The notes under the pieces: generated by a model | The model's database searches: none | What the model saw: the letters and a program-made list of their open reading frames with translations, nothing else | What the model was told of the DNA's origin: nothing | Assembly (NCBI GenBank): GCA_051362555.1 | Contig: CM120643.1 | Span: 29,826,848-29,890,847, forward strand | Direction: 5' to 3' | Length of the DNA: 64,000 nucleotides | DNA from: Lingula anatina | Lineage: Eukaryota; Animalia; Brachiopoda | Part shown: positions 13,094 to 25,671 of the stretch, in pieces | How positions within the stretch are numbered: position 1 is the stretch's first letter | Layout: every line of letters starts with the position of its first letter | Translations under genes and position numbers: made by a program

Positions 13094-16000
13094 ATATACG
13101 CAGTTCAGACAAATCAGTTTTTAATAATCATTGTATGATATTCTATGTTTTTGTTTCCATTTCACTCTACATTTTATCAATATTCAGAGATAATAGACCT
13201 TAGGATTAGTTTTTTCTTCAGTATTCTGCATTCTCCTGACCCCTGCTTGCAATTGACCCAATTGTCCGTTTTCCTATGTCTTCTCTGAAATCAGTGGCAC
13301 TCATTACAGAACGATTACGTTTAAAACCAGCTGAATCCCCTGAGAGATGGGCAAGGTCGGCCATATTGAATTCCACAGTTTTAAAAATCAATGAATGTTT
13401 TCGTCAGCAGAGGCGATGTTGTCTCCGTTGTTGTCTGCCACTGCGGTAAATATAGAGACAAAACAAACACTACAAAGCTCGGTGCCTTTCGATATTACGC
13501 ATAGGTAATAAGAAGAAATGTAATGTTGTTAATGCATTTTTGTATATTTAATTTGTGAACAAGGTGCACAATAATCAAGTTGTAAGAAGAAAGACGGCGC
13601 TTTTTGAAAAGTTCAACCGTTAATCAGATCCTTATTCCAAAAACACACCATTTACAACTCGGGAAACAAGAAAAACTGCCCCCAGACGGCGTTGAAGTCG
13701 GAAATCAATTGAGTTATTCTGCATATTTTCTCATTATAAGAAGAAAGAGACGTACTTAACCTCACAGTAAAGCCCGTGGAGATGGTGTCGGCTTCATGCG
13801 CTATAATCATGGAGGTTTATCACCTTCAGGATTCCATTTCTACAATTTCGAATCCTGGGAGCTTCACCTGCCCGTCACTCAGCAAACGAAAAGATCAATG
13901 TGATTTTCCGGCTTTGAATATTTTTACGAGGCACTTCTTCCTACATGTACCTTATGTACGCCATAACGTCAGATAACGTCAACGCAACAAAATGCGTCGT
14001 AGCCTAATTCAGTTTAAATACCGTATAGCACTGATGACTTTATAGAACCAATATATTCACCAGTTAGGACAGAGTTAAGTAGACGGACATTCTTCATGAA
14101 GTTTAGAACACATGCGTGACACGTGCTAATTGTTGTAAAATATCAGTAGTCAGTACGGCACCCATGTGGACTCGCAATCTATCAAGTCTTGTGTGGTCAG
14201 TCATCATGCACCGGTCAGTTATAATTAACTATCAAATTTGATAACTGTTTTGGTCCGCCCGGGGGTTGGCCGTTAATGAGTTCGTGCCAGCTTGCATTAT
14301 TAACTTCTGTCCCCCGGGAATAGAGACTGCTGATTACAAGTTAACATTGACACGAACGCAGCAAAGTCACACAACCAGATCTAGATTTTTATGTATTCTG
14401 AATTTTGAGCAAAGCTGCTTTATGGAAAACAAAAAGAAAAACTTTTTTTTTCATTCATGTACAAACGCTCCATCCGCTTTGATATGTTAGTGTTAACAAT
14501 ACATATTAGTTGTTAACAATACATGTCGATTTGTCTTTATTTTTTCTTCCGCTGTCTTTTTCTTTTACTTCGTTATTCAAAATTCGTATCCATTTCAAAC
14601 TTGTTGTGCTCTTTGTTTTCATTAAAACTTTTACGAATAACTCGATACCCTTCACTAATGGTGATGTTATTTTCAATATACACATACTCTCTGCTCCTGT
14701 TAAACCTCAACCTCTACTCGTCATTGTGACGACTTGACTTCGTTCATCTTTTTACTTGGTTAACATATGGAAAAGACCTATCATTCTGGCATTTAGTCTC
14801 CGTAATTACTTCACCATATGTCTCTGCAAGATAACGTTTTCTAATAATGGACTCCTCGGCACGTGTCGCAGTGTTGGGTAAGCACGCTGTGCAGCTCATA
14901 GAGACCGAGGTCCCTGGAGTTTGATGTCCAGTCACTTTAATCCCAATCTCCGATGGCCGATATTGACCAGCAGCCACTGGAGTATTAAGACCACAGGGGT
15001 GTGAGCGGTTTATGAGCGGGTCAATATGTTCCTGGTCAAGTGATTCCTATATATAAATTATATCACGATAGCGTAATATTTTACAGTGTACCAGATGGTA
15101 CTGTGTACTTGGAATAGCTCAATACTGTTTTAGAATGAAGCACATATATTTTAATTAAAATATAAAAACGCTTAACTCCAGATATTGAAAGTGTGTGAAT
15201 GGTAGAAAAGTCAACAGGATTCGACTAGTCTACATTTTGCAGTATTCGGCATTTAAGTTCCGAATTCCCAAGATTCTACAAATCAGTGAACTCAATGTCC
15301 AAACATTAACAGCAAATTATTCTAGAATGTAGATGAAGTTTAATTTTATTATATCTGAAATTGTACTGTTATCCAAACTACGTTACTGCTATGTTGTGTA
15401 TCAATCTGTCCAATGAGATTATTTCTGAATTAAGTTGGCAAAACTTAGCCAACCCTGGATAGAAGGAGTTTAATCAACCTTCTATGGCAGCTGGGGGTGG
15501 TTTACTCTGATATAGATATTGGTCCTAAAATGACGATTGTATATCATAAAATGTTCCAGAACTGTCAACAGGAATGCCTGAGTACGACACCAAATTACTG
15601 ATTGTGTAGTGTTATAAAGTCTATGAAATATTAGGGAAACAACAAGTACCACCAAAATATTCACCAAACACCAAAGCATAGGTTCAGCACTGGAGTTACC
15701 GATCAATTGTAGAAGCCCCACTACATCTTAAACTGAAAGATCTATAAAACCAATTTTCCAAGGACACAAGAGACCAATAATAAAAAGGTTTCGAAACATA
15801 TCTGTTTTGGCCGCTAATTGCACGATATTGTCAAGGCTCGTGCATGTAGAACCCTTGGGTTTGAAAGGGGAGTGGAAGGATTCGTTCATTTTAAAGCAAT
15901 AAGGCTGAATTTAAAGGAATGTGATGTATTTAATTTCTCATGTGCCTGGAATAATGTACATCTAAACTGCATAGCAAGAATCAGCCTTTATATTTGATAG

Positions 16001-16479
16001 ACCATTCTAATATAATTGTTCCTAGCATCATTTGAAATAAGGCGGTCGATATCGTGTCTTTTCAACGTAAGATAACATCAGTGTTTGCTACGTAAAACGT
16101 TTGCGCCATGTGATGGCAGCAGTGTTGAAGTCTAACAGGGCGTGGTCAGTATTCTGCTGTTCTGTAGAAAACTGCACAATTGGTTGGCTGTGGAAAAGGT
16201 TGAGGTTTCGTATATGAGTTATATCAAGTAGCGATTACATTTATTCCCCCAGATACTGGTGTTTCAATTTTAAATGGTATTGTCCTAGAAAACCGTTGTT
16301 GTTGGATCTTAGTTACAATAACCCCAACCTTTCACGTATGCCTTGTCCGTGTAGGTCGTACGTTTAGATCTAGGTAAAGAGGTGCCAACTTTTGGAACTC
16401 GTTTGATCATAATTCTATTTCACATTGTTAATGTGTGGTCAAATGCTATTTTACTTGTATTTGAGAACTATCTGTCATG

Positions 16480-16481
<2 letters not shown>

Positions 16482-16511
<30 letters not shown>

Positions 16512-16526
16512 CTTATTATTATTATT
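16482..16526. repeat. (TTA)n microsatellite
   Basis: Read directly. Confidence 0.92.
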
Positions 16527-17764
16527 TGATGTCCCCTCTAAAGCGTTGTATAAAACCAATGTGTGATCAGTCAACATTTAAATTGGGCCCTAAAGATTTT
16601 GAAGAAGATCTCATCACCAGGAGTTATGATTTTAGTTCGCGTGTAATGTGGTTATCACACAAGTTTTTTATTTGAAAACTTAAAGCAGAAACCAGTATAT
16701 TGTATTACTAGCATTCACGGTGTTAATAGATCGCATTGTTTTAAACCATGCTCACATCAATGTCGTGACTATCAATTAACACGAGTTAAGTCAGGCTTCC
16801 CTCCCTTCCACTCCTGAAAGCTGTGTGGTGTTAAAAGACAGCCTATGCTTACGTCTGTTTTATTACCTTCCGACATTTCGAAGACGATGATCAGACGATA
16901 GAAAGCTTCCAGCGGTGTGAGGTGAAAAAAACACATCAACCAATCAAGATCATGATCCCTTAATGGCCGTTTTGAATTACACGTGCTTGCAGGGGAGGTT
17001 CCTAATTGAAAGGCCGTCCGTGTAACGTATACGGGCACAAAATATTAGAAAACGCTGGTGAACTTTAACTAAGAGATTGAAAAAGCAGCAGCAAACAGGT
17101 GTGCAGGATTTATATGGATGGTATTCGCAGGTCGGTAATCACGGGTATGATTGCGACCGTGCATCTTTGTACCTCAGAGAACGAATTGGTTAAGTAAATA
17201 AGTTAATACAACGAGGAGTTTGGGGGAAGGGAGGGTTGAACGCACCTGGTTTTGACCACCTTTCAGCTCATAATAGACACCCTCTGTCATTGTAAATTTA
17301 ATTTTTACCGCATACAAACAAAAAGATCAAGGTATGTCTACACAAAAGGGTACGCTCAATCGACATTTTCAGATTTTGTTTCGACTTCTATAAACCTGAT
17401 TCTGGCTTTCGACTTACACTGAAAAGAACTTTGAATTGCAAGCAGACAAGTTACGCTGTAGACATCAGTTCTAATCAATAGAATTGCACATATTAATTCT
17501 TTTGAAAATGAAGACAGAAAGGGTTACTCCCAGTGGGGAAGAAGCTGGTCAAGCTGTGTATATTTACGTAATTGATATATTCAGAAATAATCATCTGATA
17601 AGCGAGTTAGATGATTTGATACCTTTTATTTTGCTACATTGAATCCAATGATTAAATCGCGCAGGACTAGTGCACTACGGCTGCCGAGGAAGAGTTTGTA
17701 TCAAAATTGGGTGGTATGTGAGATATGAACACCGACTTTCAAAGTAACATTGCCCTACTTGACA

Positions 17765-20113
17765 CAGTGTTCACGTTTACGCAGTCCGGGTATATAATTT
17801 ACGCATCGTTTTCTTAAATAAGGACACATATTATTTTTACTTAAGGGGGCATAATAAATGACAAATCGATACTGTGCAAAATTGGGCACGTGAGTCTGTG
17901 TCATAACTTGGGACAAATCGTCCAACGTTTTCCATTTTGACACTGCAAAAGTGGACCTCGCTTTCGGTTCGCTTTAGAGAAATCCGACACCACCAAATCG
18001 AGGTCGGTCGCTATGTTTTAGGTATTATAGTCACGTGGTTTATGCAACCATGGCCGCGGAAAAGATTGATCCACGTGCGCCGAAGAAAAGCAATTAAACC
18101 CTTCATTCCTGCATGGATAAATGAATTCAAGTGGTTAACTTTTGAAAACAGTAAAATGTTTTGTGTCGTCTGCTGGGCAGGAAAATGGATTTTCATCGCA
18201 GTAGTCTTACGCAACATAGGAATTCCGTGCAGCAGCAATCTGCCTCTATCGTATTCAAAACGACATTCACTAATGCGGAAAAAACAACATAACTGATAAT
18301 TAACTTACGCATCCAACTGAGGACCATTTACTGGGTGATCAAGGAAGATACGCCCATACTAGTAAGCAAATTGGACTCACTAATGGAGCTACAAGAATGT
18401 AACGGAATGAAGATTGGTTCTGCACTTTATAGACACCACGTAACTGTAACACATGCAGAAAACTTAATTAAGAAAAAAAGACCAACAAAAAGAGGACATT
18501 AAAAGCCTCAGTTTTAAAACTGTGCCTGGTTGACTCCATGTGTACACTGCACATAATCAGTATCACGGAGGACTCACGTTACACTGGACCCCTATAGCAT
18601 TTGATAAAACAGGCTCTGAATAAATAAGTTTTATTTCCAAATGATCTGAAGGGAATATGTTGTTGTGAATGATAATGATAAACTAGTTAGTAAAGGGCAA
18701 GTTACAATAAATATTTATTTGTTTATCAAAAACTCAAAGATACTGGATAATTTTAATGCATTATATGGTACTCATCTCTTTTCTTATTTAAACAAGTACT
18801 GTTGGCAACAGTCACAAAACGTTTTCATATTGATGATGATTTATTTTGAACTGGTCTTATTTTGAAATTTCACAGGTTGAGAAAATGATTACATCTGCAG
18901 ATATGGTCATAAGAAGGGATTTCAGTGAGAGGATGGAGGCAGCCAACTTCTTATTAGTGATAGCAGGTGAGAGTATAGATATTGCTGTCTTCAAGGAGCT
19001 CCTGACAAATTTTGTAGTGGTAGTAGTGGAAAGCCCAAGGTGTATTTTGCAGAGGACAAAGATATTATTGATGGGAAAGGAGACACAATCACTTCTGCAA
19101 TTTCTGACTACCTTAGAAGATCCAATGTCTCTGCAAGGAAGTTATTGCTGGCTGGCCCCATTTTTCTAAATTTGATTATGTGCAAGCAGCACAGAATTTC
19201 CATGTTTTAAAAGCAACGTAGAAAGTAACTTTATTTTACACACATAACATGAAAGGGTTATTTGAGAAAATGGATTACAGACACTGACTTTCTTAGGTTC
19301 ACTGAACCTCTCATTTTTCTTATTTACAGCTCATGAGGCCACTGGGAAGCTTATCATCCTGAATTACTTATTTACTTACTGGTAACCCCCCAGCACTTAG
19401 CTATGTCAAACTTCCCTTTAAGGTAGACTGTACCTACCCTCTACCAGGGCAACAGGTTGATTTTTCATTAGATATTAACAGATAAGTCTCTGGTTATATA
19501 GATGGCTAATCTCTGCACTGTGACCCAGTGATGAAATCTCAAGGATGATTACATGGCTTGTCATCGTTTTCATAACTACTCAGGCACTGTCACTTAGAAA
19601 GTCCCTGTCAAGTCCCCTTGGCAGTAATCAAGGCAGTTAACTGTTCATCTGTGACAAAAAAAGAGCAGGTACGTAAACAATGCCATCTGCGCGCGTGCAG
19701 ATTTAATTGCTCCCAGCTGACCAAACGTCACAGGGTCGCCTCAGCAAAAATGTCCACAATAATAACTGCGGCACCGGTAGAGGGTAGACTGTACCATGAA
19801 ATAAAGAAACCAAGTTATGAAAATGAAATCTGTTTTGTCACGAGTTTTCTAATGATGTCAAGTGCAGCCTGTACAGTATTTATTTTGTCGTGTTTGTCAA
19901 AAATACATTCCCATTCCCGTTATCTTATTTGCATATTGCACTTTTTTTTTTGCTCACTGGCAAGGGCAGGAAAATTTACAGAAATAAAAGATACAAATAA
20001 AAATGAGAGAAACCCCATTTTTATAGGACCCCATTTTTTCCAAAGGACCCCATTTTTCAATTCCAGTGGGGTCCCATTGGATTCAACTTATTAACTGACC
20101 ATCGCAAACACTG
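17765..20113 (+). mobile_element. Decayed hAT-superfamily DNA transposon (ZNF862-like transposase remnant), 2,349 bp, 6-bp TSD
   Basis: Imperfect TIRs CAGTGTTCACG ... CGCAAACACTG, flanked by TTGACA at 17759-17764 and 20114-20119, with internal transposase fragments. Confidence 0.82.
18096..19160 (+). pseudogene. hAT/ZNF862-like transposase pseudogene fragments
   Basis: KPFIPAWINEFKWLTFENSKMFCVVC (TTF-type Zn-finger start, 18096-18173). LVSKLDSLMELQECNGMKIGSALYRH (18359-18436). After an acceptor at 18875, VEKMITSADMVIRRDFSERMEAANFLLVIAGESIDIAV (a decayed DESTD catalytic motif). After a frameshift, GKPKVYFAEDKDIIDGKGDTITSAISDYLRRSNVSARKLL. I saw no C-terminal half. Confidence 0.8.
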
Positions 20114-20726
20114 TTGACACTTTCTGACAATTCTCCGACTGATTTTTTTTTACTAAACAATGTTTATTAATATGAATTCTTAACACATGTCCGTTTCGGA
20201 AGTATTTTATCGTGAACTGTGTTATTGTGACTTTCCATATACATCAATGTGCATTATTAAAAAGTTGAGGACAATTGGATGACCTGTCTTCGAAATTTAA
20301 TTATATGCTGTTCAAGAAAAACTTGAAAATTTGAGTCATAAAGAATCTCAGCTGTGCTTCGAACTACAGTAGTTAATTTGGTAAAGACTCGTCTAATGTG
20401 CTTTATGTTTACACTTAAGGAGAGATTCGTTCCTTTTTTCTGCATATTCTTTCGTTATGAAAGCTTTACTCTGCTCGTCGAGTCAGGTGAACTACGTCAA
20501 AATAAGGTACATTGAATTGATAACTGTGCAAAAACAGCCCCAGGCTAACTTACGCTTCTTGAAACCCTATTGCTAAGTGTTCTGGTAGAAATAAATGAGT
20601 ATTTAATGTAATGAACGCCCAGGTTGGTTTGTCCGGCTAGCGTCTCTTTAATTATACTCAGTCATTTCGCAGAATAAAACAGATGGAAAACGGTTCGCCA
20701 CTAGCCGTATGCCTGCATCTATGAGC

Positions 20727-20932
20727 GCATTCCCATAGATTTTAGATCTATCTATCCCCGTGAGGAGTCTCACTAGATTACTGTTAGATAATCCGGCTTC
20801 AATGTCCGTCCCGCCTACAACAAGCTGTAAGGGGGTAATTAACTTTCGTGCCGCTCGGCTGACAGCTATTTAGTATGAACCCCCAGGGAGTTAGGTCGAT
20901 ATAGTTGGATCGATCTTATCTCTGGGAATGGG
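20727..20932. mobile_element. Degraded copy of the 48385-48675 foldback family
   Basis: Shares ATTCCCA..., ATCCCC.TG.GGA, AATGTC.GTC.CGCCTAC, AGGGGGTAATTAACTTT and ...CTCTGGGAATGG; most of the right arm is missing. Confidence 0.65.
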
Positions 20933-21850
20933 GTTTATATGGTGTAAAGGAACACAGAGCAATCCTCACTGGTACTCTGGTGGGGGTGGGGTGCTGGGGG
21001 GCTTGCGGGAGGGGGGAGATGCTGCTAAGGTGTTGTTCAACTCATGGCATATAAATACCAGTCTTCGCGGTTTGTACAATCTTTCACAAGAGGAACCATT
21101 AACGTCAACATGTCCTCGGTAATGTCAATTCTCTGGGATTTGAAGATGATAAGAGTAAAACTGTGTTTAAAACCCGATATCTGCGGCAGAAGATGAGACT
21201 TTAATGCTTTCCTGTACTTGATTTCGACTCCAACACTTAGGACACGGCGGAATGTGGTTTTTCCTGAGTGGTGGCCGCCATTCGTGAAGTGCATGCCATG
21301 GAATATGCTTTTTTATTTTTATTAATTATTTTTTGTTTTATTTTTTGGTTATGTCTTTAATGTTTCTTTAGTTAAACATGTACATGTACATAAACGACAT
21401 TAACATTTAGATACTTTTCCCCAATCCTGAAAGCCTAACACCGTAACTGTCGCTGGTATAAACATATAGATAGAAATTTAGATGGTGAAAAATAAACCCC
21501 TATTGCTTCGAATTTGTCCACCAGCACTACTGGTACATGGCACGGACGGGTCCTGAGAATAATTTTGAAAAATGAGGAAATCCTATGTATATTTGAGTTG
21601 CATTATTGTAGAAGTCACTTTGTCCCTTTCGTGTTCATGGAATTAAAAGTTTTGTACATGTTCACAATTGTGTTTGACAGTTGATTTTGACTTCAGTTGT
21701 TTTCCATTTGGCCATTACAGACATTCATACAAAAAAAATAATAAATAAAAAATAAAATAAATAAAATAACATGTGGAATTTAATTTTTCAATTGACCACG
21801 CAATTAGCAGCATACATTCGCTGAATCGTTCCATTAAACCCTAAAATGTT

Positions 21851-21874
21851 AATAATAATAATTATAATAATAAC

Positions 21875-21908
<34 letters not shown>
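21851..21908. repeat. (AAT)n microsatellite
   Basis: Read directly. Confidence 0.92.
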
Positions 21909-21958
21909 GATCTCTGGCTCCCGATGCATGACCAGTGCTGTTAGAAGATGACGTCACG

Positions 21959-22767
21959 TATTGTGATAGGAGGTTCCTTTGTGTTGTGACATAGAGGCCA
22001 TGAGAATGCGGTGAGTGTCTTCTCTACTGCAATATTACAATACCATATTATGATAGGAAGTTCATATGTGTTGTGACATAGAGGCCAGGAGAATGCGGTG
22101 AGTGTCTTCTCTACTGCAATATTACAATACCATATTATGATAGGAAGTTCATATGTGTTGTGACATAGAGGCCAGGAGAATGCGGTGGGTGTCTTCTCTA
22201 CTGCAATATTACAATACCATATTATGATAGGAGGTTCATATGTGTTGTGACATAGAGGCCAGGAGAATGCGGTGAGTTTCTTCTCTACTGCAATATTACA
22301 ATACCATATTATGATAGGAGGTTCATATGTGTTGTGACATAGAGGCCAGGAGAATGCGGTGGGTGTCTTCTCTACTGCAATGTTACAATACCATATTGTG
22401 ATAGGATGTTTATATGTGCTGTGACATATAGGCCAGGAGAATGCGGTGAGTGGCGTCTCTACTGCAATGTTACAATACCATATTGTGATAGGAGGTTCAT
22501 ATGTGTTGTGACATAGAGGCCAGGAGAATGCGGTGGGTGTCTTCTCTACTGCAATGTTACAATACCATATTGTGATAGGATGTTTATATGTGCTGTGACA
22601 TATAGGCCAGGAGAATGCGGTGAGTGGCGTCTCTACTGCAATGTTACAATACCATATTGTGATAGGAGGTTCATATGTGTTGTGACATAGAGGCCAGGAG
22701 AATGCGGTGAGTGTCTTCTCTACTGCAATATTACAATACCATATTGTGATAAGAGGTTCATACGTGC
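21959..22767. repeat. 87-bp minisatellite, about 9 copies
   Basis: GTGTTGTGACATAGAGGCCA recurs at 21981, 22068, 22155 and onward (period 87). Confidence 0.97.
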
Positions 22768-23267
22768 TGATCCATGAATCATCTCCAATATTTAATCCTA
22801 TGTTTGAATTATAAATGTGTATATACTATTCAATTAACATTGTGCTGACTTAGATTAAACAAAGTTTGTAGCAGATCCTGACTACTCCCCCCCCTTTCGG
22901 TTTCTGAAAAAATCACACTAATATTCCCCTCTTGAAATTAGAAATTTCTCAAAATTCTCACCGTCGCAATTGCTGAATGGAAAACTCACCAGCTTTTACA
23001 CATTTGAACGTATTTTAATGATTTACTCTTCTTAGGGCCTTACTTAAACGAAAATCGTGACGGTGTGGACCGCCCTTGATCCCATTGTACTCTTTAACGC
23101 CATACGTGAAGCCAAACTCAATGTCTTGAAAAAATCTATCTAGCAACGCTCCGTGTCGGCTTCCCAAACAAGGCGTTGTGCACATTTTGTGCCATGTTTG
23201 AGGACTGAAACGGTCCGGGCAGGATTATCGATAAAAGCGACCAAACTTGCTATGATTCCGCGTCATA

Positions 23268-23418
23268 CAGTGGCGGACCCCCTCTTCGGTTTCTGAAAAA
23301 AAAAATCATACCAATATCCCTCTCTTGAAATTAGAAATTTAACTAGCTGAATCATAGTTATAAACCATACTTAATAGCACCGTTTGGCCTCCGAAACACA
23401 AAAAAAATTTCGGGCCCG
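23268..23418 (+). mobile_element. Fragment of a CAGTGGCGGA-terminated MITE family (other copies at about 22885-22948 on + and 37165-37353 on -)
   Basis: The shared core TTCGGTTT(C/T)TGAAAAAAATCA.AC..ATAT.CC.CTCTTGAAATT is present in all three copies. Confidence 0.7.
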
Positions 23419-24006
23419 CACCGCACGCCAAAGGGACCTAGGCTCAGTTTTGTGAATGCTGTCATAGTGATGACAGTGGTCTTGTATTAATTGTACTATA
23501 TTACAATGCACCAGACCATAATACCCCCTATTATGATAACAATGTATGCACTAGGACAGAAATAAACTGAATTAAATTGACTGTTGCTGTGACTGTGGAA
23601 GACAAATCCATGGCGTTTGTACCATTGTAAGTAAAGACGTATAGATGTAAAGCCATACCCTACTATAGACATCTTACATGAACATCTTTCCATAGTTCGC
23701 CTTGAGTCGTTCCGTCACAGTACAGTAGACTACTGACGCCGTAATGAGCAGTAAGTACAGACATATCAGGGAAATTATTACTGTCAGCGTCTGGTGACAG
23801 ACACCGTTAATGTTATACCAAGTCAAGGTATACCACGGTAAAACGCATTAAAATCTTTCTGGGTCCTTAACCGTTCTCTCTGCGTCTGATCCCCATATCT
23901 CTGTCCAGCTTGGTCTGTCTATAATTGCAGTATTCCACCGCCCCCCTCCCCCCCCCACCCCTCCCCGCCCATCAGATTTACTCTGCTCTGATTTACCAGC
24001 TCAGTT

Positions 24007-24040
<34 letters not shown>

Positions 24041-25181
24041 AAACACACACACATACACGAACAAACAGACACGCACACAGACACGCGCACACACAAACGC
24101 AAATTTATAAATGAATGCATGCTTTCATAGCCATACACCTTTTCTAAATCAGTAAATGGGCGGATTTCTTTTAGAAATCTCTAGTTTCCGTATAGCTACA
24201 GTATCAGTATCCATCTACATAATTTATGCACAGCAATGTTTTTTACCGACGATAACATTTATGCTCTTACTGTAAAGCTTTACTTCATGAAGACTCTATC
24301 TTTGATTTAAAATAAAAAAGACATGTCAATTAAAGACCAGCTCCATGCCTGTATTGCCTGTATCTTTACAAATGTTGTGTACCTTACAATTTTTTCTGGT
24401 AGTGTCTGAAGTTTTAAGAATTGATTACTGTTATTAAAACCTTATCATCTTATAACAGAGAAGCAGCATTTCCTGTGATCTACCGTACTTTTTCATATAC
24501 ATGTTAAGTACCTATAGAAGCTATATTTTGTGATAACAGTTCCTATCAAGTTATTGTTTTTCATAAGCAAGACGGTGTTAATACAAAATTAAGGAAAGCG
24601 TGCCACATTGATGGCGCCTCCCTGTATCCGTTTTCAAAATTTGTTCTGTACAAATCTTTCCGAAAATTAGCCATCGGAATGTTTAAGGAATAATTTCCGA
24701 CACCCAGATTTTCTGAATCTAACAACATTTCTCCTGTTTACATTTTTAATAACCATTTGCTTTTTATAAGCAGTTTAAAACATTTTGCTTAAGTGAGATC
24801 AGACTACAAAACTTGGAAGAAGAGGTACCGCATTGAATACAGAGCAGCCGACATGATGGTTCTCAAAGTGCAAACAATAATCTCCATCGTGCCATTAATA
24901 AGTTAACAACCAAAAATTAAAACATTCGTGGAAAAATGATGAATATATGGAAAATAAAAAGGAAATATAGATCCGTCTTTCTGTATTCTCTCTGCTCAGT
25001 ACATCACGATACCGGCGGCAGCTGTGAGCAGTTGTTATCTCTTACCAACCATCTTCACGGCCGTTTTCCTCTGTGGTCTTATCGTCTTCTGTCGCGAGGT
25101 TAACTCTGTCATCAGTTGGTGCAGTGCAGCGGGACAGCACACGCTCAGGTAGCGGTAAGGGGGGGGGGCATGGTGACAGTA

Positions 25182-25671
25182 CAGGGCCGTAGCCTCCGGG
25201 GGGGCAGGGGGGGCAGCTGCCCCCCCCCCCTGGAAATTGGGGTGCAAAAAAAATAATCGCAAAGGTAAAAAAAAATAATTGCAAAGTTGGTATCAATTCT
25301 GTGAGAAAAGGCACTCATGGCCACTAGACAACCATTCAACAATCTGTTTACAAAGGTGTACTGTTTTTAGCCAACTCAGTTCATGCCAAAAAGCTCACCC
25401 TCCCTGAGGGAGCTATCCCCCAGGCCAATTGGCGTGTTGTGTTGAAAAAATGACTGTACTTATGGCAAAATGAACCCACAATTTCTGACTTCTGATTGAC
25501 CAATAAATAACAGTTAAAATGCACCAGAATGCAGTATTATACATACAGTTTTAAAAAATTTTTCACACCGTGGGAGGGGGACAGCCCCTCCCACACACAC
25601 ACCCCTCGGGGGCTTCGCCCCCTCGTGTCCGCTTACTGCCCCCCTGGCATTTTGCTCAGGCTACGGCCCTG
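25182..25671. mobile_element. MITE, 490 bp, perfect 14-bp TIRs, 5-bp TSD (hAT-like CAG termini)
   Basis: CAGGGCCGTAGCCT (25182-25195) ... AGGCTACGGCCCTG (25658-25671); CAGTA at 25177-25181 and 25672-25676. Confidence 0.9.
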
